The notes below the pieces were generated by a model, which made no database searches, was not told the DNA's origin, and saw only the letters and a program-made list of their open reading frames with translations. From assembly GCA_013239625.1 (NCBI GenBank), contig MU053085.1, positions 1-64,000 of the forward strand: a stretch of DNA of 64,000 nt, given 5' to 3'. Positions 1 to 12,200 of the stretch are shown here, in pieces. Made by a program: the position numbers and the translations under genes. This stretch comes from Lama guanicoe. Taxonomy: Eukaryota. Positions within the stretch are counted from its first letter, which is position 1. Each line of letters starts with the position of its first letter.

Positions 1-249
1 CTTTATTTTTAAATAGGCTAGTTTTATAAATGTCATCTAACTAGTCCTTTCTAATGAATTTTAAGGATGTTTCTACTCTATTTTTACTACAAAACTGCAG
101 TGAATTTCCTTATACATATATATTTGCACAGGTATACAATGTATATGTGATGAATGTGTGTAAATACTGTGCAATTGTGGGGTTAAGGATATATATGCTT
201 TTAACATTTTCGTGTATTTTCTAATAGAACTCTATAATCAACTTACCAA

Positions 250-2300
250 AAATACCCTTTGAGGATTGTGCCTGGAAACATTTCTTGGAAGGCAAATCTA
301 GTGCTGATGGACTCCCTCAGCTTTTGTTTGTGTGGGAAATTCTCTCTCCTTCATTTCTAACGGACAGCTTTGTCAGGCAGAATGTTCTTGGTTGGCCATT
401 TTCTCTCGGCACTTTGAAACTACCATTCTGCTCTCTCCTGGCCTGTGAAGTTTCTGCTGAGGAGTCTGCTAGTTACAGTATAGGGGTTCCCCTGTAATTC
501 ACAAACTTCTTTTCTCTTGCTGCTTTTAAGATTCTTTGTCTTTGATTTCTGATAGTTTTATTACAGCGTATTTTGAAGAAGATCTCTTTGAATGATAGAT
601 GAACTTGGATATCCAAATTTGTCCTCAGATTTGGGAATTTCTCAGCCATTATTTCTTTAAATAAGCTTTCTGCCCCCTTCTCCCTCTGGAATGCTAATAC
701 TTTGCAAGTTGTTTCTTTTGATTGTATCCCATAGGTCTTATAGGCTTTCATCATTCTTTTTTGTTTTCCTGACTGAATAATCTCAAAGTTCCCATCTTCT
801 ACCTCATAGATTCTTTATTCTGTGTGATCAGTTCTGATAGGAATGCTATTATATTCTTCACCTCATTTTATTTTTCTACTTCAGAATTTCTGGTCCTTAA
901 TATCTCTGTTAAACTGCTCATTTTGTTCATGTATTTTCCTGATTTCATCAAATTGTCTTTGTGTATTCCTATAGCTCACGGAGTTTCCATTGATCGCCAG
1001 GTCATCCAAATCTGGGTGACAGTTGGGTTTCCTCAGGGGCACCCAATTCACAGTGGGTGATCAACACGTTAAAAACACTTATTTAAATTCTTTATCAGGT
1101 AAATCACAGCTCTCCATGACTTTGGGATCATTTACTAGAAGATTATCATAATCCTGTGGTCATATTTCCTTGATGTTTTGCTTTGTTGTCTTTGTATCTG
1201 AAGTAGCAGTCACCTCCTCTAGTGTTTACTAACTGCTTCAGGAGAGAAGTAATTTTAGTAAGCCCGGCTAGAGATTCTGAGGCTTTCTCAGATCGGTTAT
1301 GGATAAGCCTGCTCCACACTTCTTGCTGTCTTGTGGTATGCCTTCTCTTGATTCGGCAATGCAGAAGGCTGGGTGCTGACACCCTCCCTTCCACCTCCCA
1401 AAAAGTGGGGCTAAAGCTTACGCTGTGGTCTCTCCCTGTCCTGTAGATTCAGGCTGGCTTTGTTTGCAATGCTCACTAGCCAGCTGCCAAAGCTTCCTCT
1501 CGATGCTGTCAGGAGCACACAGAGGAGCCAGCCAGAGGGTGGGGGGGTGTTGTGTAGGTGAGGCATTGCTGGTTCCATGGGCCAGTCAGGAGATCTACCG
1601 GTAAAGTGTCCCCAGCGGTGTGGGGCTAGCTTCTTGATGGGACCATAACAGTAGGCTCTGTGACCCTTCAATGCCCTCCAAAGGTTCTGTCTGCTGGTTC
1701 TAGCAACTTCCACCCTCTGGTCATGCAGCTCATGATTCAGTAGTCTGGATGAGAAAAAGGGGTCTCTTTGGCAGCATCCAATATAGTTGAAAAAGCTTGG
1801 TACTCAGTCTTTCCTTCCCCTCCAGGAGAAATCACAGGTTGAGGTCTCTCTTGATACTGAACTGTGCCACCTTAGGGGAGGGGTGATGAGAGTAAAATCA
1901 AACTGCTCCTCTTCAAAGCATCTAAACTCATTAAACTTTATTGCTTCAACAGCACGCTGAAAATTCTCCACTGGAAACCCAGACTTTCACAGAAGCCTTC
2001 TTGTCCACGGTGACTATCTAAGATAAAACTTTCCAGGGATTTCCAGAGTGTAGCTGAGTGGGACTGGAGCTGGTTCACAGACCACTGCAGGGTCCAAGCA
2101 GGGACCTAGGTCTGTATGTCTATTACCCAATGCCCAGGTGGATGAGATTCCTACCAGATTGCTTGGTACATGGTGTTGGCTCACAAAGCTCCCACAAAGG
2201 CATTTTTGTCTGTAAGTGGATGCCAAATTGTTGGGGGTGGGGGACACAAATGAGGGATGGCTTACTCAGCCATGTTGATGTTACTTCTGAAGTTGGTTGT
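250..2300 (-). mobile_element. Old LINE-1 5' portion (degenerate ORF1 plus 5'UTR)
   Basis: Minus-strand translation 473-754 (EKGAESLFKEIMAEKFPNL..DIQVH..RILKAAREKKFVNYRGTPI) matches L1 ORF1p. It is frameshifted, and GC-richer 5'UTR-like sequence extends to ~2300. Boundaries are approximate. Confidence 0.85.
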
Positions 2301-2389
2301 CTTTGAGGATAAATGGATGGCTGGGGCGAAATGAGTATTCAGTAGTCTCTTCTTAGTGATCAGATTTCCTTGCTTTGCCCTCTTTCTTT

Positions 2390-2550
2390 AGGTACAATTC
2401 TTTTCAGTTCTGAAGGCTAGAAGTTCAAAATCAAGCTGTTGGCAAGTATGATTTTTTTCCTGAGGGCCTAAAGGGAGAGAATCTGTTCTAGGCATTTCTC
2501 TGGCTTGCAGATGGTCGCCCTGTTGCTTCCTCTGCATATGCTTTTCACTC
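2390..2550. mobile_element. MaLR (MLT1-type) LTR fragment
   Basis: cagttctgaaggctagaagttcaaaatcaagctgttggc...tcctgagggcc...ggagagaatctgttctaggc resembles the MLT1 LTR consensus. Confidence 0.6.
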
Positions 2551-3379
2551 TGAGTACTTGAAATTCCACATATTCTTAAAGCTAGTGAACAAATGTTGGT
2601 ATGCCACGATGTGGAATACCAAGTTTCAAGATATTAATTCTTTCAGCCATTGGAATCAGAGTGAACAAAAGTGAATGAACTCATAGCCAGCTAACAAGGC
2701 TTTCACAAGTGCCATAAAGGTTTGAATTCAAAGACCAAGACAATTAAAGATAAAGTGTTGACTCTTTTGGGCACTTGCTGACAGCCTCAACGGCTTCCTC
2801 CAGGCCTCTGACGACCCCAGCCACTGTGTTCCCGGTCTATTCCTTCCCCTGGGCTAAAGCTGCTCAGGCTCCGAACCTGCGCCCTGCAAAATATAGTAAA
2901 GAAAGAACATTGTGAACATTCACTACTTTGCAAGTGATCTTTCTCTCTGTGCTTCAAACACATGAGCAGGTCCATTCACTGTGGTTTACAGTCTTTTGGT
3001 GACACTTCCCGGGTGTGGGACTGGCAGTGCTGTAACCCGGGTCTGTGCCACTCTTCCTCACAGTTGTCTTCCTCATCAAAGGACCTCTGACACTCAGCAC
3101 AGATCCTGGCCCTCAAGAGGTTCTGCATGACTCTTGACTCAATAAACAGGGTAGTAAATTAAGACAGAATTTTCCCTATGCCACTTGAGAATATAAGCCA
3201 AATTAATTAGGGGAAAGGTAGAGTGTGGCAAATTGAATATTTCTCTCTCCTATAAATAAGAACGCTAGAAGACAAACATTGTCTTTTCAATAATAACCAC
3301 AATAAAAAACCAGAAACACCACGATAAAAGTATTGTTCTGGCAAAACAGAAGTTTGCATGCGTATATATCCACATAGTT

Positions 3380-5834
3380 CATTTGAGAACCTCAGGGCTC
3401 TTTATTTCTGTTACAGCTAGACACAAAATGCTCAGATATATAAAACAAATGATAACAAACTGTAAACACTTACAAAGGTGAAAATATAAAGAAATGAAGA
3501 TGATGGATTTATGTTTGCAAACAATTTTACTTTGAATCTGTCTGGTGTGAAAACCTACCAGTTTATCAAAATTTGTATGTGATACAACTGTACGTTAGAA
3601 TTACAGTGGACAAAATGCATGAGATCCCAATCATCATGAGATCCCAAAATACCCTACAGCAATTAATGATTATAATTAAAACTAATATGACCTCCAACTA
3701 TTTTCCTAAGCACTGCTGTTATGATTTTCTATTTAAAATTTTCATTTTGGGGAACAAAACTGACCTTTATTCTCTTTCTTGAAATAGTATAAACATTAAT
3801 TAAACCTTCAATCTCAAATTTTAAAACTTAGAGCTCTTTAAGTATTTCTGCCGGTCTTCGACTATTTTTGGTACATTGCGAACTTTAGGAATACCTTGAT
3901 CAATGTGACTTAAGGTCATTTTTTTTTTTTGGTCTCGATAGTGCTCATGCTTTTTGTCTTTATACCAAAGCAGTAAGGCAAGAAAACTTTTCCTTTTTCG
4001 TATCACATAAACAGAGAATATCTATTCATTTGAAAATTCAGGGACTAGGAGCAGTGCAGATAATCCTACCCACAGGAAATTAAGGCTGCTGTGAGTTTCC
4101 TTTCTATTTAAACCATAACATAAGATGAGCAGTGTCACTGCCTATAAATGTTGTTTATAAGCATTTGGGCTTAAGTCACAGGAGATAAATATTGCCATTT
4201 CTGTTTGTATTTCAATACTAGTTAATAAGACACCGTTTTCACAATTACCTTTGATAAGTTTAAAGGTGAAGTCAGAAAACACTACACGAAGCTGAAGCTG
4301 GATGACTTTGCTACAAGGAAATAATGGTTGAGGGAACAAGAATGGTTTTCCAGTGTCTGGCACTGTGCCCCTAGCTCTGCAGAGACATGCAGGCCACACT
4401 CCAGCCAGCATGGCACAGGTGTGGGCACCTTCCCTGCTCCAAAGGGCCTGACCTGCTATTGCCAAAGGCCCAATGCACAGCTGTGCATGAACCACCAGGT
4501 GCCAGTTAGAGTATATCCTGTTTGCTGAAGTGTATCAGTCTTTTCTGAGGCAAGCCTTTCTAGATATGTGAAAGAGAAAAATCACAGCCTAGTCTTACTG
4601 TAAGAGTTCCCAAAATCATTTCCTAATATGAACATGAACTCGGCTTTGCAGTACGCATCCATCAGCGTTAGCACCATATTTAAGCCTGAATTGAGGTAAA
4701 GATAAACTCTCAGACTTTGGGTAGAAATTACAGCAGCAATTTTGAATGGGGTGTTAACATCGGTATTCTTTCTGATCATTAAAATAAGTTGTTTGAAAAC
4801 TACTTGATCCCAGGTATACAAGCCCAAGTATATATTGAAACTGATAAATTATAAAGCTGGGTGTATGAGCTTTTTAGCCAGAAATGTAGCAAAGCAGAAT
4901 TCACATTTCTGGAGTTCAAAAAATGTTATTATTGGCTTGATGAAGATTTTGTAAAAACACTGTGAGCCAATATCACAAGGCTGGCTGATCAAATGGCAAT
5001 GCCTGAGACTGTTTCTCAGAGCACAGTCAAGTTTCCTGTGAATGCCACCCAGTCAACACCAGTTCCTGCACGAATCATCCCCTGCTTGTTGCTCATTAAT
5101 AAGAAGGTAAGTAGGTTTTCTTTTCCCCAGTTATTTGAATTTATGTAGAAAAACTTAGGGAGGAAAGACCACTTAGTTAAAATTTTGAAGGGGTAAGAGT
5201 GAAAGGATAACTGGACTAAACAAGGGAATTCTCTACTTAGTTCCTGTAAACTGATAAGGTGAAACAACGTATAAAATAAAATACTAGGAAAAACTTTACA
5301 AATTGCTTTTCCCTCCCTTTAACAGTACTTAACATATAAGAGAAATAATAAATCTTAAATATAGCTTTTGGGGGCATAACACAAACTAATTTTTCAAAGG
5401 AGAACAATTACGATTATTTATTAAATAAAATAGAACCTTGGAGTTTGAGCAACAGTGGAATTCCATCTCTAGTCACAGCTGGTCTTGGTGCGCAGGCAGG
5501 GGCACTGAGACCAGTGCTGACTGCTCAGGCAGAAGCTTCTCACTCAGTTTGACCAATATTCCTCAATATTCATCAAAAACACTCATCAGCAGTATTTTCA
5601 TCTGACTCTGAGATTTAGATGAAGATACAAGTAACTTCCCTGCAGACAAAGAAACATTTTAGGGAAACAGTACAAGGTTTGTTCGTAACCTCAGTATTCA
5701 GCTGAAGACTGCAGATCATTCTTCACAAAACCCATGTAAACAGTCATTCTTCTTTATAAATCTGCTGGTGCTAACTGCACCTAACTGCTAATAGACATGG
5801 AGGTACAGCTTTGCTAAGTTTGCAAGAATGCTAG
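3380..5834 (-). other. Probable co-duplicated 3'UTR of KIAA0895
   Basis: AT-rich sequence with no repeat I recognise, contiguous with the pseudo-exon stop. There is a minus-strand AATAAA at 3406-3401. The extent is inferred. Confidence 0.55.
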
Positions 5835-5996
5835 TTAATATATAAGAACTCTCAGTTCCCTATCGGTCAGTTCATTCACTTCCATGATCTTCTCTAAGTG
5901 TTCCATGCATCGACCATGGTCCTACAAAAAGTAAGGGACTCTCATATTTTCAGTAACTGCCAATCCTTTTAAGCGATCCACGTCTTCTTAAGAGAC
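5835..5996 (-). pseudogene. KIAA0895: Duplicated, disabled terminal coding exon of KIAA0895 (MATCAP2, microtubule-associated tyrosine carboxypeptidase family)
   Basis: After the acceptor cttccttttttcag| (AG at 5998-5997) the minus strand reads VS*EDVDRLKGLAVTENMRVPYFL*DHGRCMEHLEKIMEVNELTDRELRVLIY*. This matches my recollection of the KIAA0895 C-terminus (VSYEDVDRLKGLAVTENMRVPHFLQDHGRYMEHLEKIMEVNELTDRELKDLI). In-frame stops are at 5990-5988 and 5924-5922. Confidence 0.85.
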
Positions 5997-6034
5997 CTGA
6001 AAAAAGGAAGGTGGGTTACTCTTTAAATGCAACT

Positions 6035-6224
6035 GGGGCTGAGCCCCCTCTGTGCCCACCTGCACCTTCTTCTAAAAAATCCCACTATGAATCCCCTCCA
6101 GCACCCAACCTAGACTTCCATTCCCCTGGAGTGATTTGTGTTTCGTTTTTCTTCACTTTCCTCTGTTTGTTTCATATCGGTTATGGCATCCTTTATTTTG
6201 CCTTTTTAAGATACTTTTAATAAA
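6035..6224 (+). pseudogene. 3' tip of terminal exon, copy 1
   Basis: Reads GAEPPLCPPAPSSKKSHYESPPAPNLDFHSPGVICVSFFFTFLCLFHIGYGILYFAFLRYF* in the same frame as the other copies. TAA 6218-6220 overlaps AATAAA 6219-6224. It is truncated 5' by the junction to the KIAA0895 intron. Confidence 0.65.
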
Positions 6225-6244
6225 ATATAGACTTTGTCCCTCTG

Positions 6245-6495
6245 AAATTGTGCAATTCAGGAGCACTAGGTGCCTTCACGATGCCATGCGACCATCACTA
6301 CCACGCAGGCTCACACCATTCCTTTCTTCAAAGCAAAACCCTGGATCCAGAGCACGCACTCCCCACCACCACCCCAGCCCCTGACAGCCCAGAGTCCTCT
6401 TCCCCTCTGGGTGTCTTTACCTCTCCTGGGTGTTCCCTGTCAATGAAGCCACAGGAAAGGTGGCTTTGCATGCCTGCCCTTGTGGCTTAAGTGGG
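6245..6495 (-). mobile_element. Highly degenerate L1M 3'-end relic (also 15478-15725 and 28962-29215)
   Basis: tgtgcaattcaggagcactaggtgccttcacgatgccatgcgaccatcactac...ccccagcccctgacagc aligns by eye with the L1MB-type tgtacaattcagtggcattaagtacattcacaatgttgtgcaaccatcacc...ccccagcccctggcaacc. Confidence 0.55.
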
Positions 6496-8099
6496 GGCTG
6501 GAGATGTTTTCTTTTGTTTTCACTTGAAATCGCATTTTGATCATTTGAAAGGGAAATCCAGGTGGGCTAAAGATGTCATGTGCAAAATGAAGCCCTTTCA
6601 GTAACTGTGCATAACCTCAGGAGAGGTACTGCTCTTCCCCCTGTCACACCAAAGCCACAAGACAGAAGGGAGATGCTTAGCTCTTCCTGGGGAAAAAACA
6701 AAACCTAGCAAATCAAGAAACCAGCAAAAGCCCAGAAATATAGCCAGAAAGACACTCCACGACCCGTAAGATGCGTTCCTCAGAACCCAACGTTGGAGAA
6801 AGGCTACACATCCCTGGGGTCCAAAAACCTCTCGAAACCCAGTGCTCTAAACAAACACAACACACACGGGCAGTTCCAACGAGAGGCACAGCAGATGGCC
6901 AGTGTGCCTTAGAGGTGCTCGACCTCTCGGGGGAGGACACAGGCAGATGGACACACTGTGGAGACAGCACTGGTCACCATGACGCTGGCAGGTCTTTAGC
7001 CTGGTGACAGCCAGCCCTGGTGACAACGTGAGGAGGCAGAGGCCCCAGCAGATCCCCCGGAGGGACGAGAGAACAGACACTCCTCTCCAGGGAAACAGTG
7101 TGCAGGACACATCAAAGGGCCACAGGCGCAGCAGCCCTTCCCCGGCAGTGCCGATCCTTAGAGCTGACCCCACCAAAGTGCTCACACAACTTGCAAAGAA
7201 GTTTTACTTCAGCAACATGAAAAGAATCAGTATGTCATCAAGACATTTTCAGAAGTGACCTGCCCTGGGCCCTAATGATACAAACACGTAAATACACAGA
7301 TATGCACATGCATCCAGGAAAAGAGACACAGAGACTGAAACACAGACAGGCAGAGGGAGAGAGAAACAAAGAGAGAGAGAGACAAGACAGGCCCTGAGAG
7401 ACACAGAGGGGTAGAAGGAACAGCGAAGCTGGGAACAAGCGGAAGTCACGCCCATTTTCAAAGCAAATATACTGAGGATGAAAAGCTTATTTCATTTATT
7501 CCAGAAAGAAAGCTACTCATAGGCTATCTTTATTTCAGAAACTAATTCTCTCCTGGTCATTTATTGCGATGATATATTGAATGGATAATAGACATGTTCC
7601 ATTCAACATATACACATTTATATGCAACAAAATATATATTATACATAAATATATATATTTACATGCTCAATTTTATATTTTATAAAAGCAACCTGAAAGA
7701 ATTTGAAGGGCAGAGTATACAGTTGTACAAAAAGCCACCTTTCAGAACACATTAGGCGATGTCTTTCCTATTTCTCTGTAACTCCTATGCTAGCCAAACG
7801 AGCCGCTAAGCAGCCTAAAGATCTGCAATGAAGGGTGCCTCTCTTTGCAACTTTTATGCTTTTCATGTCCACAGCATAATCGGTGATAGGAAGAAACTGA
7901 TTGTTTTGGCCTTGGACCTAAATGTCACTATGCATTTGGTTGGCTTAGACTTTCCAAAGGATAAAATCATCCCTTTGTCACGTCAAAGAAAGTACCAGAA
8001 AACAAAATTGTCAAAGGAGAGTTATAATTTCCTATAATGGAAAAAGAACCTACCTTGTGAGAATGGAAGATTTCCAAATTATAAAGGAGTCAGATCAGT

Positions 8100-9250
8100 T
8101 GGGCAGGAGCGGGAGGCAAGGGCACCAGCCCGCTCTGGCCAGGCAGGCCGCGGGCGACTCTGAGAGTCCAGGCGCGGGGCGGGCTTGGCGGCGGCCCGAG
8201 CTCCACGGAGGCTTCCGCGCCCGTCAGCAGAGCGCCCAAGCGGAGGGGGCACAGCTTTGGGGCCAGGGGAGGGATAGGGAGCAACAAGGGCTCCAGGGTG
8301 CTCAGCGTGGGGACCGACCAGGGCTCCGTGGTGCTCAGGGTGGGGAGCGACAAGGGCTCCGGGTTGCTGAGTGTGGGGACGAAAAGGGCTCCGCGGTGCT
8401 CATGGTGGGGAGCGACAAGGGCTCCGGGGTGCTCAGGGTGGGGAGCGACAAGGGCTCCTGGGTGCTCATGGTGGGGAGCGACAAGGGCTCCAGGGTGCTC
8501 CCCGCGCCCTCAGCCGTGGCCCCCGGCGCCCAGACTGCCGGCGACCGCCCTCCCCGCCCCGCAGAGGCCCGGGGGCCTCCCTCCGTACGCGGGGACCCGG
8601 GGCGGCAACCACCGCATCCTCCCTCCTTCCGGCGCCCCGCGCCCCGCCGCCGTCGCCGTACTCACCTCAAGGGCGCAAACGGCACAGCCGGCCGTCGGCC
8701 TCGTTCCCGCCGAAGCGTCTCGCTGCGGTACTCCCTGCGTGGGCGGGCTGTTCCCCGGCGGTCGCACGGGGTTCCGGGGTGGGGGAGCGGGGAGCAACGA
8801 ACAGAAGCGCAGCCTGCTGGCATTTTCCACAGGCCGGCGCCACCGCAGCCGCCTTGGGTCGCACAGCCCCCTGCCGGCCGCAGCTCTTGCTGTCCCGCGG
8901 AGCCGACAAGCCTTCGCGGACAGAGGATGGAGCCGCGGCGAGAGACGGAGTTCCGGCGGCGGTGTGCGCAGACTCTTTCCTGTGGGGATTGCGCGCATGC
9001 TCACCAGCGGGGCGGGACCCGCGGCCGTTGCGTGGGGGCCGGCCCCGCCCAGGGGCGCTGGTCCGGCTCAGCCAATCGCGAGCGCCGGGTATCCCGTCGC
9101 GGGCGCTTTGAATGCTTCGTGGGCCGCCTGAGGCAGGGGCAGGCTGGCCACGCCGCTGCCGTTTTGGGAGATCTTCTGAGATCGGGAGGGGAACCCGCCC
9201 CTCATGCTTTCGCTGGAGCCCCACCCTCGCCTGGCCGCGGGACTGGCGGA
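8100..9250. promoter_or_regulatory. CpG-island promoter, apparently bidirectional (copy 1)
   Basis: Dense CpG. NRF1-like gcgcgcatgctca at ~8991-9003, GC boxes at ~9010 and ~9041, CCAAT at 9072-9076, CDE cgcgg at 9098-9102, a 4-nt spacer, then CHR TTTGAA at 9107-9112. Minus-strand donor GAG|gtgagt at 8666/8665 and plus-strand donor CAG|gtaagt at 9290/9291. Confidence 0.8.
8277..8500. repeat. 33-bp G-rich minisatellite, ~7 copies
   Basis: Unit aagggctccggggtgctcagggtggggagcgac, with agggctcc recurring every 32-33 nt. The paralog at 17525-17585 has only ~2 copies. Confidence 0.9.
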
Positions 9251-12200
9251 AAAAAAAACAGCTGGGAAAGTAAAACAACACTGACTTCAGGTAAGTTACC
9301 TCTTTGGATGGAAGGAAGGGAATGGGATAAAGGAAAGGTGAAAAAGAAACTTCAAGCATTTGTATATTATTTGATTTCTTAAAAGAAAGATTTTTAAATG
9401 CTAACATTTTGCCAGAATGCTTAAATTTTTTAAAGAAATAAAATGTTTATAATTTTGTTACAAAAATACCCAAAATATATTCATGCATATGCACACAGAT
9501 ATGCATATTGTATATCTAAACGTAAAAAACATTATTTAATGAATAAAAGTATAGAAATTTTCTTTATCATTGAACTTTATTCTTTTCCTTAACTTACTAT
9601 TATTTCAGGTACTTCAGGGCTCCAGTGCTTGCCAGGAGATGCACATATCCAAGAAGGCCAGTCCCCAGCAGGGAAGCAGGATGGAGCCCCAGGTGCAGGT
9701 AGGTCAAGGGAGGATGGGGATGCTGGGGATGGTCGGAGGCAGGCAGGCAGGCTCGAGGTTGGGCAATGGGGAGGGAAGCATCGGGGTCTATGTGGGGCAC
9801 AGGTAGGCCAAGGCAGGATGGAGTGAGGGCTGCTGTGTGGGACCCAAGTAGGAAGGGAGGGAGGGGTGCTTCAGGAGCCAGGGTCGGGGTATCCCCCCCA
9901 ACCTCCTGCCACCTCCCAGAGCAGCAGCTGAATCCCTCCTGAGCTCCCTGTCGGACAGGCCAAGCTTTGGTATCTGCATCCTTGCTGCAAGTTGCTACAC
10001 AGCTCCCCTCATCTGGATCCCCCTGCCCGCTTTTCTTCCCCGCCAGCGACCTGTGCTCAAAGGCCCCGCTGGCTGGGACACCAGACCCAGTGCACCGTCC
10101 AAGGGACACCAGGGGGATTCCCTTGTTCTGTGAGCCAGTGTTCTCCAGGTGGACAGTTTTCCATGCCTCTCCTCCCGATGTGCAAGGCCTTCTCTCTAGG
10201 TGCTAAGGCCCTACACATTGACCTGTTTGGGTTTGTTTCTCGGCCTCCAATTTTACCCCGTCAGATGACTGTCCATAAGTTTATAAGAAGCCTTATAGGG
10301 CTAGGAGGGCAATGTACACTTCTTGTTCTTGTTCCATTTTATCTTGGCTCTTCTTAGAAATTCCTCATCCCCCACCCGTGATGTCCAAGTCCTTGGCTGC
10401 CCTGAAGCAAGAATCCTGGTGCTCGATACCTGACCAAGCTCCTCTTGGTACCTCTCCATCCACAGAGCCGCATACTCTGCCCGGTGGCCAAGAACCCTCA
10501 GCTGTCTTTGCTGTATCTGGAGTGGAGTCTGATCTCTCTCCCTTTTGGCACTAGCCTTGAATAAACTCTTTCCTACCATTTTTAACAAGTGTCCGGTGAA
10601 TACTTTCTACTCACCAGCAGCACCATGGAGCCTGCCGCGTGGCGGTCACAGCTCAAGCACACCCAGGCTTACACCCTCAGTTACTAGGTTTCCCGCACAC
10701 GCCCGCACGACACAGAACCTGAGAAAAGTCTGAGCGCTTCCAGAGCGTGGAACCCGCACACCCCACCTCTCCTCCAGTGCGTTCTCCTGGGGTCTCATCC
10801 TGCGCCTCCCTCTGCCCATGGCTTCCTAGTGGTCCAGGCTCCCCACTGGGAGTTCTCAGATCTCCATGGTGACCGTGCTCCTCTCCTGGCCATGCTTCAC
10901 ACCACCCCACAGGCTCATTGGGCAGGAAGCTTTGGAAGTTCCAGGGCAGGGATACAACTTAACCTGCTCTAAAGGGGGACAGAGGCACCCACTGACATTC
11001 TCTGAGGATGCAGGAGAATTAGCATCTGCCACAATTAGGGCCCACACTCCACTCTGGGCTGGGATGGATTTTTTTCCCTAAATCACAATAACAGCCATCA
11101 CTCACACAATCAGAAGGGGAGCAAACCCCACGCCAGGGCCCCGAAGGAGAACAGGTGACTGCATTGTAGAAAATGACAGGGTACGTGAAACACACAGGAG
11201 TGTCTTTAAAACATCCACACAGTCGTCTGTTTTTCAATTAAATTGGCCACGGAGTTTAGTCAAGCATTTTTTTTCAATTATTTTTGTTAAATAAGATTCC
11301 AGAGAGTATAGTGCAAACACTCAGTACAAAAGTTGCAATTAAGAAATGTACATTCACATTTAACATTTCAGTCCACTTTGTTTTTAAATAAAAATAGGAC
11401 AAATTATTCAATGACTTGTCTCAATTTAACAATCTTGGAAAAGACTGGAAGCTGCTCTAGGGTGTCCAGTGGACGTAAAAATAGACCCGTATTGATTATA
11501 CAAATCTATCATGAGAAGTTACCCAGTGATATTGAGTTGTGGTCCTTCTGATACAGACATCTCATTTCCACGTCTACAGAAGCGTTCTCAGTGAGCTCTA
11601 CTGGTGGGAGGATGTGTCACCCGGGCCACTCTGTGCCCAGGAAGGGACACGGAAGGGCTGAAGGGTTCCCACAACCCTTCTCAGTGCGTAAAGAGAACCC
11701 AAGAGTGGGCTTTGGGTTTACCTTAAATGAATCTGCTGCTGTGGCCATGATCACCTTACATCATCTCCGCGTGTGCAGGGTGGTGTGCAGTCAGTGTGCA
11801 CGAGAGACGGGGAGGGTGCCGGGGCCAAGTGGGAGCGCTGCAGGAGGGGTGCGGGAGCCACTGAGGCGTGGGGGCCAGGACCCGCCGGTGCGGGACGCAC
11901 TGCAGCCAGCCGGTGGACGACCCGTGGTGACCGGGGCCTGTCCCTTTGCGCATGCTGCGTGTCTTGGAATCCACACTAAGTGACACACAATTAGGAACTT
12001 TACAGCATGCAATGCTGAGTGCAAAGGGCTTGTGCAGCCAAGGTTTCGCCAGGGCCAAAGGCAGAACTGCGGGCCTGTCTGGGACTGATGCCTGGGTGGG
12101 GAGAGCCGGCGCTCCAGGCCGGCAGAAGAGGCCACGGTATATTCATCAGGAGTCCCAGGACGTGGGGGTGGTCCCCTGAGACGTGTGCTTTGTGCCCGGG

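Noticed and set aside
4080..5110. Protein-looking translations and a plus-strand gtaagt donor
   Set aside because: There are multiple stops in the frames examined, and the region lies within the inferred KIAA0895 3'UTR.
8900..9250. Identification of the island as the ANLN/KIAA0895 shared promoter
   Set aside because: Tempting given the CHR and the nearby KIAA0895 fragment, but it does not match the ANLN first exon as I recall it (no MDPFTE start).
8057..9382. 441-aa ORF and overlapping long ORFs in the CpG island
   Set aside because: GC-rich, stop-poor DNA plus an in-frame VNTR. The frames are not preserved in the paralog at 17290-18456, and there is no recognisable domain.
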